In this document: in pieces, positions 33,639 to 44,559 of the stretch
Layout: every line of letters begins with the position of its first letter
Position numbering within the stretch: position 1 is the stretch's first letter
Assembly (NCBI GenBank): GCA_963790205.1
Contig: CAWBNQ010000014.1
Span: 192,001 to 256,000 of the forward strand
DNA: 64,000 nucleotides
Direction of reading: 5' to 3'
From: Nitrospirota bacterium
GTDB taxonomy: Bacteria > Nitrospirota > UBA9217
Position numbers and translations under genes: made by a program
Notes under the pieces: generated by a model
Databases searched by the model: none
What the model saw: only the letters and a program-made list of their open reading frames with translations
Told to the model about the DNA's origin: nothing

Positions 33639-35028
33639 TCATTCCGCATTCCGAACTCGTATGACCAGTACCCTTTTCGTATCCGCCCGCGGCAGGAACC
33701 GTTCATCCGTCCTGAATCCCACGACCCAGAGGATGTCCTCTCCCGAGCAGAGCAGGGAAACAGCATCGCGTTTGCGGCGCGGGACCTTCTCATCCACCAG
33801 GTAGTCTTGAAGCTTCTTGCTCCGGCCGCCCATGCCGGCGGGGCAGAAGCGGTCGCCGGGCAGCCGGTTCCGCAACGTTAAAAGCGGCCTTATCTTATCA
33901 TAATCGAACAGGGCCTGCCAGCGATAATTTCTGTCTTCCGCCTCCCAGGCCGAACCGCCGTCGGACAGGATCCTCTCGATATCCATCCCGAGTTCGGGGA
34001 TCGAGGTCATGCCCGATACTGCGAGTGCATGGGAAAAGTGTTCCGGTTCCCGCGCTTTGCTCAGATTGAACCGCTCATATTCGCGCTCTACCCTGAGTCC
34101 CTGCGGCAGGCGCATGGCCCTGCCGGTCTGGGACCCGGCGATGAAACCGAGGGCCTCGTCGACCTGTACCCTGGACAATGCCGGCGAATCCGCGCCGATC
34201 AGGCCGGCGGCCAGCCTGAACATCCGCCTCCGGAAGGCCGGAGGGAGGGCGTTGAACACGGTCCGCTTTATCGCGATGATGCCCTCCTCCAGTTCTGACA
34301 TGCCTTTCATCATTTGGGTCAGGTACGCCTCGATCGCCTCGTCCTCATCCCTGAGCAGGGACGCTTCGGCGGCGAGCGTCTCGACTATGCGGGGATTGAA
34401 CTCCCGGAGAACAGGCAGGACGTCCGTCCTGATCCGGTTCCGCGTGTACACGGGCCTGGCATTCGACGGGTCCGTCGCATATTCCAGCCCGACAGACCGC
34501 AGGTAGCCGAGCACCTCTTCCCTCGTGGTCCCGATAAGCGGCCTGATGATGTTTCCCCGCTTCGGCGGGATGGCGGAGAGCCCTGAAACCCCGGCGCCGC
34601 GCATGAGACGCATAAGAAACGTCTCAGCCTGGTCCGTCGGCCGTATGGCCCGTGGCGATACGGGCGGCCCCGACCGTTTCCGCGACCTTGGCAAGAAACC
34701 CGTAGCGCACCTCGCGTGCGCCGGTCTGGGCGGACAGGCCGCGTTCGCGGCAGAAGGCGGGTACGTCGATCTTCTCGATCGTCGCGGCGATGTTGAACTT
34801 CTTTGCAAGCCCTCCGACGAACAGCGCCTCGTCCGCGGACTCTTTCCCGCGGAACATATGGTCGAGGTGGGCCACATGCAGTTTCAGATCGAGATCCTTC
34901 GCGAACGCTTGAAGAACACTCAGGAGACAGACCGAGTCCGGTCCTCCGGAGACGGCGATGACGACGCGGTCGCCGGCGTCCAGCATGGCGTATTTCTTTA
35001 TTGTCTCTCTGATCTTTATCAGCAACAT
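33639..35028 (-). CDS. tilS: tRNA(Ile)-lysidine synthetase (frameshift near 34635)
   Basis: AVSGGPDS, ATGHTAD/DQAET, RPLI, DPSN...RNRIR. Confidence 0.94.
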
Positions 35029-35195
35029 TCGAAGAAGGGACTTGCTGCCACGGAGTTCACGGAGATAGTCCTTACGATGCTTATTTGCGGTTTTACCCTC
35101 TCTGTGCTCTGCGGCTAATTAGGTTGTGTCATCTGGGTTTTAAGTACTATCTTACTATTACGATGATAACTGAGGGAAGCCGGAGAGTGGGAAAA

Positions 35196-35271
35196 TGGTG
35201 GCGGTGCAGGGACTCGAACCCCGGACACAGGGATTATGATTCCCCTGCTCTACCAGCTGAGCTACACCGCC
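35196..35271 (-). tRNA. tRNA-Met (CAT), elongator type
   Basis: GGCGGTG acceptor stem, anticodon arm GGGGA-ATCATAA-TCCCT, TTCGAGT loop, encoded CCA. Confidence 0.93.
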
Positions 35272-35349
35272 CCTGAAAAAAAATTAGAGGCTTAAAGATA
35301 CTGTATTGCGCCGATTTTGTCAAGAAAAACTGACGGGTTCTCAAAAACC

Positions 35350-35427
35350 GTCACCCTGAGTGGAACGAAGGGTCTGGCAACTACTGTCAGGAAAAACGAG
35401 ATCCTTCGGCTTCGCCTCAGAATGACA
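35350..35427. repeat. Paired palindromic REP-like element
   Basis: gtcaccctgagtggaacgaagggtct...agatccttcggcttcgcctcagaatgac. Confidence 0.65.
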
Positions 35428-35478
35428 AACGGTGATTCGGTATTCGTGCAAAAGGTTCATAGCCCTTGTACCTTGGGC

Positions 35479-36069
35479 TTATTCTTTGAACCTCGTTTCC
35501 TCCTTCTGGATCCGCTCGATCTCCTCTTTTTTCGTTTTACAGGCGATGCAGTACCGCGCAAGGGGGTTGACCTGCAGGCGCTTGATATCGATCTCTTCTC
35601 CGCATTCCTCGCACAGGCCGAAGGTCTTGTTCTGGAGCTTGCGGAACGCATCGGCGATGTCCTTATATTGTTCGTACTTCATTTCCAGAAGAGAAGAGTC
35701 TATGCCCTGGTCCGTGTCCTGGGAGGACATGTCCGCGCTGTCCATGGCCGAGTCTATCTTCTGCCCCGCCTCCCTTGTCAGCCTGCGGCCCATCTGGGCT
35801 TCCAGTCCCTCCACTACCTCATTCCGTTTTTTGAGCAGGATCTTTTTCAGCAACTCATGCCGTTTCTGGTTGGCCGCGGAGATCCGCACCGGCTTGACCG
35901 CTGCCGTCATTGTTACGGTCTTTTTTTCGGCTTTTTTGACGGTCTTTTTTGCCACCCTCTTTCTGGCCGTGCTGACGGATTTCTTGACCGGCTTTTTGAT
36001 GGCTCTTTTCGCCGCCTTTTTTGCCTTTGGTTTGGCAGCTGGTTTCCTTATGCTCTTTTTCACAGCCAT
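35479..36069 (-). CDS. TraR/DksA family C4 Zn-finger protein with histone-like N-terminus
   Basis: DSAD coiled-coil tip, CEECG...CIAC; KKAAK-rich N-terminus. Confidence 0.9.
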   Translation of the reverse strand: MAVKKSIRKPAAKPKAKKAAKRAIKKPVKKSVSTARKRVAKKTVKKAEKKTVTMTAAVKPVRISAANQKRHELLKKILLKKRNEVVEGLEAQMGRRLTREAGQKIDSAMDSADMSSQDTDQGIDSSLLEMKYEQYKDIADAFRKLQNKTFGLCEECGEEIDIKRLQVNPLARYCIACKTKKEEIERIQKEETRFKE

Positions 36070-36300
36070 GTTTTTAAAGCCCTCCTGACCAGAATAGGTC
36101 GTGAACTAGTCGACTTGGATACATATTATAGTTGCCTCTTCAGGCAAATTCAAGTCAATTTAACGGGGCCGTGAGAATATTTTACGGGTTCCGAAAGCCG
36201 AAGGAACCGCCGGGAAGCCGGAAAAATAGCCATACAGGCCTTTTTCTGTTAATATGTATAAGTGCACATCAATCCACTGAACAAGGGAGCATATGCATAC

Positions 36301-38535
36301 ATGCGTAAACATTCTTGCACGATACTATTGGCCGTCCTGACAGGCTTCCTGTCCTTAGCGCAAATCGGGTCTGCATCATCGGAGGTCAGGCCCTCAGGCA
36401 CTCCTGAAGAACAGGGGACGTGGTCCCGGGGACTTTCAGACTCCATGATCAGGATATACCGGGAAGAGGAAAGCAGGACGGGAGAGAGCTGGGCATTGCG
36501 GAAGCGGGCTTTACTTGAGTACTGCGCCCTGGCAAATGCGAAGAACGAGGTCTCCCTGGGCGAGTTCAAGGGCGACGAGAACGCCGCGACCGTGGCCATG
36601 GAACAAGGAAAGGCCGCGCTGGTTTTCCACCAGTTAAGAAGACTGGCCGGAGAGGAAATCTTTTCCCGCGTGGCCAGGGAGCTCATGTCCCGGGGACCTT
36701 CCGGCAAGGTCTCCTGGAGTGAGCTCAGGGGCCTTTTCGAGAAAGAGACCCGTACGGACCTCGGCTGGTTCTTCAAACAGTGGATCGACAGGAAGGGGCT
36801 CCCCGACCTGCGCCCGGAGAATGCGGCAACCAGGAGGAGCGGCAGCAGGTTTGAGGTGAGCTTCGACCTTGTACAGAAGGGAGATGTCTACGTTTTAGAG
36901 GTTCCGGTATTCATCTCATTATCTCAAGGCGGCGTCAAAACCGATATCGTGAAAACGGACAGCAATAAGAAACACGTCGTCTTCTATCTCGACGATGAGC
37001 CGTCCACGCTCGTGGTAGACCGTGATTATGACCTTCCCCGCCGGCTCACGGAAGAAGAGAGACCGCCCCTTCTGGCAACGCTTTTCGCGGATGAAAAGCC
37101 GGTCATCGTGCTCCCGAAGACGGGGCAGGAAGCGTACGGCGCCCTTATCGATGCGCTCAAACAGCGCGGGGCCGTGGAACGGGAGGCTTCGGACCTCAGG
37201 GAGTCCGACATCAGCGCTTCATCCTTTGTGGCGCTGGGAAGCGACAACCCTTTCGTCAACAGGCTCTTCGGCAAGGTGGAGCCCGGAACAGGAGCAGTCA
37301 ACCTCCTGGCAAAAAAGAACCCCTGGAATTCCGGCAAAGTCGTGGTCATCGTGCAGTCAGAATCCGCCAAGGCGGCGAGCGCCTTCACCTCCGCCCTCTT
37401 TCAATACGGGAGCTTCAGCTCCGTATCATTCTATAACAAGGGAGCGGAACCGGCGGCAAAAACCTCAGGGTCCCGAAGGGGGATGGAGATGGAATTAAGA
37501 GAACCGGCAGCGGCGATAGACCTTTCCACGCTCCAAAAGCTTCCCGACGCGATCGAAGGCGCGGAGGGCAAAAAGATCGTCTACGTGGGTGAATACCATG
37601 ATCAGTACGCCCACCACCTGGTCCAACTGGAGGTGCTCAAGGCCCTTTATCGGAAAAACAAAAAAATTGCCGTGGGCATGGAGATGTTCCAGCGACCGTT
37701 CCAGAAAGCCCTCGACGACTATATCGCGGGCGCGATCGACGAGCGGGAGTTTTTGAAAAAGTCCGAATACTTCAAGCGCTGGGGATACGATTATAATCTC
37801 TACAAACCGATTCTCGATTTTGCGCGCGCCGAAAAGATACCGGTAATAGCCCTGAACGTGAGGAACGACCTGCCTGACAAGATCGCGCAGAGCGGCATGG
37901 ACTCGCTCACCGACGAGGAGAAGAAAGAGGTCCCGCAACAGATGGATTTCTCGGACGAGGAATACCGCGGCAGGCTCAAGACCATTTTCAACCGGCACAG
38001 GAACATGGGTGAAAAAAACTTCGATTTCTTTTATCAGGCCCAGATCCTCTGGGACGAGACCATGGCCCAGTCCGTCGATGAGTTCCTGAAAAAGAACCCG
38101 GACTTTAAAATGGTGGTGTTCGCCGGCGGCGGGCACCTTGCCTACGGATCGGGCATCCCGAAGCGCGCCTTTCGAAGGAACGGATTACCGTATTTCATAA
38201 TTTTGAACGATAGCGACGCGGACCGCGACATTGCAAACTATCTTGTCCTCCCTCAGGCGCTCGAGGGCACGCCGGCGCCCATGCTCATGGTGGCGCTCAA
38301 GGTCGAGAACAACCGGGTGGCCGTCACTGACATGCCGAAAGACAGCGTTTCGAGGAAAGCGGGGATCAGGGTCAACGACACGATCCTGTCTATCGACGGA
38401 ACAAACGTGGAAAGCGTGGAAGACCTCAAGCTGGAACTCTTCTTTAAAAAGAAGGGCGACACCGTGAAGGTGAAGATCCTGCGAAAACGGTTCCTCCTGG
38501 GGGAGAAGGAAATGGAAATCGACGTGAAACTGTAA
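36301..38535 (+). CDS. Exported protein: degenerate M1-peptidase segment + ChaN family domain + PDZ
   Basis: Signal peptide; DLGWFFKQW; YVGEYHD, GMEMFQ, QILWDETMA, GGGH; C-terminal AGIRVNDTILSIDG. Confidence 0.85.
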   Translation: MRKHSCTILLAVLTGFLSLAQIGSASSEVRPSGTPEEQGTWSRGLSDSMIRIYREEESRTGESWALRKRALLEYCALANAKNEVSLGEFKGDENAATVAMEQGKAALVFHQLRRLAGEEIFSRVARELMSRGPSGKVSWSELRGLFEKETRTDLGWFFKQWIDRKGLPDLRPENAATRRSGSRFEVSFDLVQKGDVYVLEVPVFISLSQGGVKTDIVKTDSNKKHVVFYLDDEPSTLVVDRDYDLPRRLTEEERPPLLATLFADEKPVIVLPKTGQEAYGALIDALKQRGAVEREASDLRESDISASSFVALGSDNPFVNRLFGKVEPGTGAVNLLAKKNPWNSGKVVVIVQSESAKAASAFTSALFQYGSFSSVSFYNKGAEPAAKTSGSRRGMEMELREPAAAIDLSTLQKLPDAIEGAEGKKIVYVGEYHDQYAHHLVQLEVLKALYRKNKKIAVGMEMFQRPFQKALDDYIAGAIDEREFLKKSEYFKRWGYDYNLYKPILDFARAEKIPVIALNVRNDLPDKIAQSGMDSLTDEEKKEVPQQMDFSDEEYRGRLKTIFNRHRNMGEKNFDFFYQAQILWDETMAQSVDEFLKKNPDFKMVVFAGGGHLAYGSGIPKRAFRRNGLPYFIILNDSDADRDIANYLVLPQALEGTPAPMLMVALKVENNRVAVTDMPKDSVSRKAGIRVNDTILSIDGTNVESVEDLKLELFFKKKGDTVKVKILRKRFLLGEKEMEIDVKL

Positions 38536-38590
38536 ACTCCCTATGACGCATATCATAGATTTTTCCGGCGGGGAGAGGTAAGATGTAAGC

Positions 38591-38833
38591 ATGTTCAAAG
38601 AAGGATGCCCGGGAAGCGCGGAGATACGCACGCCGAAACCGGAAGATATCCGGTGCCAGAAATGCGGCGAGAAGATCGAGATCTGGACCGACGAGCCGGA
38701 CACGGCGTGCAGAAAGTGCGGCCACGTGAATGCCCGCCCCATCGGCACGTCCTGCGTGGAGTGGTGCGCGTTCGCCAGGGAATGCGTTGGCGCCGAGAAA
38801 CTCGAAAAACTTCTGAAGGCGAAAAAAGGCTGA
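38591..38833 (+). CDS. Small Cys-rich metal-binding protein
   Basis: CPG, CQKC, CRKC, CVEWC...C. Confidence 0.78.
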   Translation: MFKEGCPGSAEIRTPKPEDIRCQKCGEKIEIWTDEPDTACRKCGHVNARPIGTSCVEWCAFARECVGAEKLEKLLKAKKG

Positions 38834-39167
38834 CGAATAACCTCACCGAACACCCGTTTCCGGGTACGTAAGGGCTTTTCTTTCGAATCAAGAACGAGAG
38901 AGAGGCCTTTTTTGTCGTATAATATCTGATTTAGCTTCCTGCAAGTGCCCCCCAAAAAAACCTAACAGCTGTTTTCCCTGTTAAAAAAACATACTCTAAA
39001 AATACCCCGTTTTTTTCTTTTCATCCCCGATAGATTCCTTTATACTTTTATCTTATAAAAACTATTTCCCGGTTTGGTTGTAAGAGCGTTTGAGGAATTA
39101 TGCGCAGTACCTAACAATCTGTTCATCAATCGATAAGGGGAAGCAGAAACGAGCTGCGACTCAACTC

Positions 39168-39599
39168 ATGAAAACAATGCGAAACATCATTGTATCAGGC
39201 TCAGTGATGCTGTCTGTCTGCGCGGCGTTTTATGCCTCAGGAATGACATTCTTCCTGTCGAGGGCATTCTGGTCACAGCATCCCCTCTTATCCGTGCTCC
39301 TCATACTCTTGCCGCTGCCGGCCATCGCCGCCGTTATTCTTTGGAGGGCCATGTCGATATACGCAGGCAAACCCAGCCTGTTTTCAACGCGGGACCCCTT
39401 GACGAACCTGTATAATCAGACGGTCTTCTGGGATTATCTGGGATACGAGACCGAACGCTCGAAAAGACAAAACTATCGCTTTTCGCTCCTCTGTCTCGAT
39501 CTCGACGATTTCAAGGCCGTCAACGAGCCTCCTCCACATGGTTTATACTATGCACAGCCATGCGATCTTATCGCGCCCGTTATCACGTTGAACGGGTAA
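39168..39599 (+). pseudogene. Truncated membrane diguanylate cyclase
   Basis: Two TM helices then DPLTNLYN...DLDDFKAVN; similarity ends before the GGDEF motif. Confidence 0.8.
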
Positions 39600-39758
39600 C
39601 GACAAATTATCAGGTCCCTCAATCCATCTGAAACATTTTTTACTGTTGCAGGTGAAGGCTGTTTGTGATATTCTGTTGCCCGTATCCGTCCGGCCCCGAA
39701 GACCAGGGGGCCGCCGTTCAAAATCCCAACAAAGGAGCAGCGGTACCGGCTAACCACC

Positions 39759-40376
39759 ATGGCATTATTCCCGAAAAAAATAGATTTTTTTGAGCAATTC
39801 GACCGGGCACTCGAGAACGTCTCGCGGGCGGCGAACGTCCTGGTCGACTCCTTGAACAACTTCGAGACCTTCGAAAAGAAGGCGAAGGTCATCTACGAGT
39901 TCGAGCAGGAAGGCGACATGCTCACCCACGACATCATGAAGGACCTGAACAAGACCTTCCTCACCCCCATCGACCGAGAGGACATCCATGCGCTCGCGTC
40001 CCGGATCGACGACGTCATCGACCTGATGTGGGCCGCCGTGGACAGGATGACGGTGTACAAGATCGAGAAGCCGACACCGGAGGTCATTTCCATTGCCGAA
40101 GACCTGCAGATGACGGCGGACATCCTCAAGAAGGCGCTCCGGGAGCTCCGATCGAAGCAGTACTCCCGCGTCCAGGAGCACTGCATCGAGATCAACCGGC
40201 TGGAGAACAGGATCGACCGCAAGTACCGCGACGCTCTGGGCAAACTCGTCAACGACCAGAACGATCCCGTTTACATCATCAAGTGGAAGGACATCTACCA
40301 GCTCTTTGAAGACGCCTCGGACCGGGCTGAAGATATCGCCAATATCCTCGAAACCATAGTCCTAAAAAATGCATGA
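39759..40376 (+). CDS. DUF47 phosphate transport accessory protein
   Basis: EQEGD, TFLTPIDREDI, LENRID, IKWKDIY. Confidence 0.93.
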   Translation: MALFPKKIDFFEQFDRALENVSRAANVLVDSLNNFETFEKKAKVIYEFEQEGDMLTHDIMKDLNKTFLTPIDREDIHALASRIDDVIDLMWAAVDRMTVYKIEKPTPEVISIAEDLQMTADILKKALRELRSKQYSRVQEHCIEINRLENRIDRKYRDALGKLVNDQNDPVYIIKWKDIYQLFEDASDRAEDIANILETIVLKNA

Positions 40377-41358
40377 AATTCTGATCCTCATCATCATTCT
40401 CGCGGTATTTTTCGACATTGCGAACGGGTGGCATGACTGCGCCAACGCCATCGCCACCGTGGTGTCGACCAAGGTCATGTCGCCCATGCAGGCGGTGGTC
40501 CTCGCCGCGGGCATGAACATCCTCGGCGCCTTCCTCTCCACCGCAGTGGCAAAAACGATCGGTACGGGCATTGTGGACCCAAAGGCCGTCACGGATGTCG
40601 TCATCATATCCGCGCTGCTCTCCGCCATCCTCTGGAACATCATGACCATCCTCATGGGGCTCCCCGTCAGCTCGTCGCATGCGCTCTTCGGCGGGATCGC
40701 GGGAGCCGCCATGGCGCACGGAGGCGCCGGCATCCTGAATATCGGCGGCACCATCAAGATCCTCACGTCACTCCTTATCTCGCCTGTTTTCGGCATCATC
40801 TGCGGATATTTGTTCATGAAGCTTATCCTCAGGCTCTTCGGCCAGCTGGGGCCGGGCGCGGTCAGCAAGTATTTCGGCAGGCTGCAGATTCTCTCATCGT
40901 CCTTCATGGCCTTCGGCCACGGTTCGAATGACGCGCAGAAATCCATGGGCATCATAACCATGGCCCTCGTGAGCGGCGGCGTTATTAAAACCATGGATGT
41001 GCCGAAGTGGGTCATCCTCATCTGTGCTCTGGCCATGGGCTTTGGAACGCTCTTCGGCGGGTGGAAGATCATCAAGACCCTGGGCGTCAAGATGCTGAAG
41101 CTCGAGCCCATCCACGGGTTCGCGGCGGAAACGTCCTCGGCGGCCATCATCATTGCGTCGAGCCACTTCGGAATGCCGGTCAGTACGACGCACGTGGTGT
41201 CCGCGGCGATCCTCGGCGTCGGCGCCACCAAGCGGCTCTCCGCCGTCCGCTGGGGCATCGCCGGCAAGATCGTCATGGCCTGGGTGCTTACGCTGCCAGC
41301 CTGCATCGCCATGGCTTGGGGCATCCAGAAGGCCCTGACCTATTACCATATCGGCTGA
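40369..41358 (+). CDS. pit: Inorganic phosphate transporter (Pit family)
   Basis: NGWHDCANAIAT, HGSNDAQK, PVSTTH. Confidence 0.94.
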   Translation: MHEILILIIILAVFFDIANGWHDCANAIATVVSTKVMSPMQAVVLAAGMNILGAFLSTAVAKTIGTGIVDPKAVTDVVIISALLSAILWNIMTILMGLPVSSSHALFGGIAGAAMAHGGAGILNIGGTIKILTSLLISPVFGIICGYLFMKLILRLFGQLGPGAVSKYFGRLQILSSSFMAFGHGSNDAQKSMGIITMALVSGGVIKTMDVPKWVILICALAMGFGTLFGGWKIIKTLGVKMLKLEPIHGFAAETSSAAIIIASSHFGMPVSTTHVVSAAILGVGATKRLSAVRWGIAGKIVMAWVLTLPACIAMAWGIQKALTYYHIG

Positions 41359-41486
41359 TGTCCGCTGCGAAGAAGCGCCGACCTCAAAGAGCAAACAATT
41401 TTTACTATCGAAATGCCGGGGATGATATTGACTGGTCGTTGAGCTTTGGCGCTTATGTGGGATTTGGCAGGTTGATTCGCAGCTTG

Positions 41487-42116
41487 TTAGAAGTGCAGCA
41501 TCCTCGAAATCTTCCTCGTGTCCACGCCGCGGTAGTTGCCTGCCCGCAATGCGTCAATGAAATTCTCATACGTCACGGCTTCGTCAAACTCGGTATAGCA
41601 GGAACCCACTTCCCGGGGCGCATGCGCATCGGACCCCCCGGTATAAGGCAGTTTCATATCCTTCGCCGCAGTAATCGCTTTCACGTTATAGGCGTGCATG
41701 TTCGCGCCGTTATACCCTTCAAGCCCGGTAATGCCGTGCACGCTCCGCACCAGATCGCCGAGGCTCGTCCCCGGCCGGTACGGATGAGAAGGGATCACGA
41801 CCCCACCGGCTTTGCTCACGAAACGAACTACATCCGCAAGGGGAGCATACTTGATACCCAGTTTGTCCGTGTCGGCCCCGAAAACGAGGCAATGCCCTTC
41901 AGCGGTCGAAAACTCCACCCCCCGGAAGATCATGATGCTGTCCCGGTATTTGTCCTTCAGTACCTCGACCGCCTCCGAGGCCCCGTAGTAATAATGCTCG
42001 GTGAAAGCGATAGCGTGAAGGCCCAGCTCGATGCCGCGAAGGACCGTTTCCTCGGGGTCGGCGTCGTTGTCGGTGCTGTATTTTGAATGGACGTGAAGAT
42101 CGATCTTGAATTTCAT
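41487..42116 (-). CDS. PHP domain phosphoesterase
   Basis: DLHVHS, FTEH, GGSDAH. Confidence 0.9.
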   Translation of the reverse strand: MKFKIDLHVHSKYSTDNDADPEETVLRGIELGLHAIAFTEHYYYGASEAVEVLKDKYRDSIMIFRGVEFSTAEGHCLVFGADTDKLGIKYAPLADVVRFVSKAGGVVIPSHPYRPGTSLGDLVRSVHGITGLEGYNGANMHAYNVKAITAAKDMKLPYTGGSDAHAPREVGSCYTEFDEAVTYENFIDALRAGNYRGVDTRKISRMLHF

Positions 42117-42219
42117 AATAATTTGCTTGCCCCCGATGGACACGGATAAATACGGTGATACAGGGTCCATGATTCAGGTGAGGAATAAATATACTGCATC
42201 CTGCATCTGGTATCCTGCA

Positions 42220-42900
42220 TCATTGCTTTCCTTCTTTACAGCTCCCTCCGCAGGTGCAGGAGAATGATCCCGCCTTTGCCTTCTCAAACGCCTCTTTTCC
42301 CTCTCGATAACACAGTCCGCCGATGATCATCGCTCCGATCGAGTCAAGACCGCCGAGACCCGTGAGCCTGTACCCTGCGCTCGCGATGAGAAGAACGAAC
42401 GAGAGCTGCAAACATGCCCGTGTGCAGGCAGCATCCGAGAGGATGGCCGGCGAGTTCAGTTTTTTCCCGACCGACACCTTGGCGCGGATAAGCAGCCACA
42501 TGGAAAAAATGGAGATGAGGGAAATGACGATGCCCCAGAAGGTGCTTTCCGGCTTGTGCCCGCGGTAGAGGTCCACGAGGGAGGTGATTGCCAGTCCCGC
42601 GGTAAGGACGTAAAAGCCAGCACCCGTGATCCTGAGCGCCCCCTGTTCGAACCGGTCGGGGTCCTCGCCGTTATTTTGCCTGATCCTGCGGACCATGTGC
42701 CAGATGCCGATGCCGGAGACCACTTCAACGAACGAATCGAGGCCGAATCCGAAAAGCGACATGCTCTCGTTTTCCAATCCGAAAAAGACCGAAACCACGC
42801 CCTCGGCGAGGTTGTAAACGATCGTGATCAGCGCGAGGGCGGAAGCCCATGCGTAGAGCTTATTGTTTTTCTGAGCGCACCCGATCGTAAGCGTCTGCAT
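42220..42900 (-). CDS. Cation-efflux-like membrane protein
   Basis: YNLAEG, GFGLDSFVE, 5-6 TM helices, Cys-rich tail. Confidence 0.8.
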   Translation of the reverse strand: MQTLTIGCAQKNNKLYAWASALALITIVYNLAEGVVSVFFGLENESMSLFGFGLDSFVEVVSGIGIWHMVRRIRQNNGEDPDRFEQGALRITGAGFYVLTAGLAITSLVDLYRGHKPESTFWGIVISLISIFSMWLLIRAKVSVGKKLNSPAILSDAACTRACLQLSFVLLIASAGYRLTGLGGLDSIGAMIIGGLCYREGKEAFEKAKAGSFSCTCGGSCKEGKQ

Positions 42901-42997
42901 GGAGGGGATAATACCACGCTTTGGCGGCGCGGCAAAGAGGAGAATTGTCCGGCATGCGTCGCGCACTTTAGCGCGCAGGTTCCCTGCCAAGGATGGA

Positions 42998-44330
42998 TTA
43001 AAATCTCCCGGAGCCGCTCTGGACAGCCTGGTACAAGCGTCGCACCAGGGCCTGGTTATAACCATGGGAGGTCATGTTGGCGGTAATCCATCCTCTGATG
43101 GGAAGGCCGAGGAGATAGAGGTCTCCGATCATGTCCAATATCTTGTGGCGTACGAATTCGTCGGGATAACGGAGTTCCGTGTTGATGACCTTGCCGTCAT
43201 ACATGATGATGTGGGAATGGAGATATCCGCCTCCGACCTTTCCAAGCTTCTGGGCCATTTCGATGTTCTCAAAGGTGTTGAAGGAGCGGGCCGGAGCTAT
43301 CTCCTTTGCAAAAGACCCGCTTGCAGGATTGAACGTGAGGATCTGTTCGCCTATGGGCGGAGGGTAGTCGACCCTCATCGATATCTCGAACCCCTCAAAG
43401 GGCTCCGCATATATATGCTTTTCATGCCGCTCCTCGTTTCCCACTCCGATCTTCCGGCGGATGATGGCAACCCTGGTGGAGGCAGACTGTTCTCTCTATC
43501 CCCGCCTCTTCGATGAGGTCGCAGAAATCCTTGGCAGAGCCGTCTATGTTCGGTATCTCCTCGTCGACTTTTATGAGCACGTTGGTGATGCCGTACATGG
43601 AAAGGACCGCCATCAGGTGTTCAATGGTGCGCACCCGCCGCCTGCCGTTGTCCAGGGTGGTGGAGTTGGCGGAAAAGGTCTTCGACAGGCCGGTCTGGGA
43701 GAAGTCCTCAAGTGAGGTGATATGTCCACGGATGGTTTGACCGTCAAGCGTTTGAAAGACGATCCCTTCGTTGGTCCCGAGGGGGGAGAGGATGACGCCG
43801 GTGTTCCGGCCGCTCAGAAGCCCTATACCGTTCAGGACCACATTGCCGCTGAGCGTGCGCTGAGGTTCAGGGGAATCCACCACGTCCACCACGCCGGGAG
43901 GAATAGATAGATCGGCGCTGACGATCTCAAGCCTCGTATCCGAGGGCAGGGTCTCGCCGCTCCCGGAAGGCCGGTGCTTGAGGGCGGACGCCACCTTGTC
44001 GAGCAGGACCTCCAGATGCAGCGGTTTTTCCAGAAAATCGTAGGCCCCGGCCTTGATGGCGGCGACCGCCGCATCGATACCGGCATGCCCGCTCATCATG
44101 ATGATGGGGAGCGTGGGGATCCGGGCATGCAGGCGTTTCAGGAGCTGCATGCCGTCTATGCCGGGGAGCCAGATATCCAGCAGGACGAGGGAGGGCTCCA
44201 TGGCATCGAGCTTCTGCCAGAAGCTCTCCGCGTCCGGAAATGCGACGGTCGGATACCCCTCGTCCTTCAGAATGCTCTCTACGGTGGAAGTGATGGAAGA
44301 TACGTCGTCTATTATACAGATAGGGTTCAT
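42998..44330 (-). CDS. lpxC: Response-regulator receiver fused to LpxC deacetylase (frameshift near 43493)
   Basis: Receiver DD/D/S/K intact; LpxC motifs TIEHLM, IDGSA, ARSF, HKILDMIGDL, SH. Confidence 0.87.
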
Positions 44331-44559
44331 ATAAGGTTATGTGTGGTGGTTCGTCCCGCCCTAAAGTGAAGGTAGAGTAAGACAATAAAGGACGTTTGTC
44401 AAGAACACGTCGCGCGGACAAACATTCCGCATATCGATCATCCGTTATTGACCCCCGAAATACCCGGATTTTTTTGAGGCCGTTTATTTGCTCTCCGAAC
44501 AAGGCACTCGGTGCTGGTTTAATACGCGTCGTTTTCGCTGGTTGGGCCGTTTTCGTACT

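Noticed and set aside
35196..35271. tRNA as an island integration site
   Set aside because: No duplicated tRNA 3' end and no integrase; flanks are housekeeping genes
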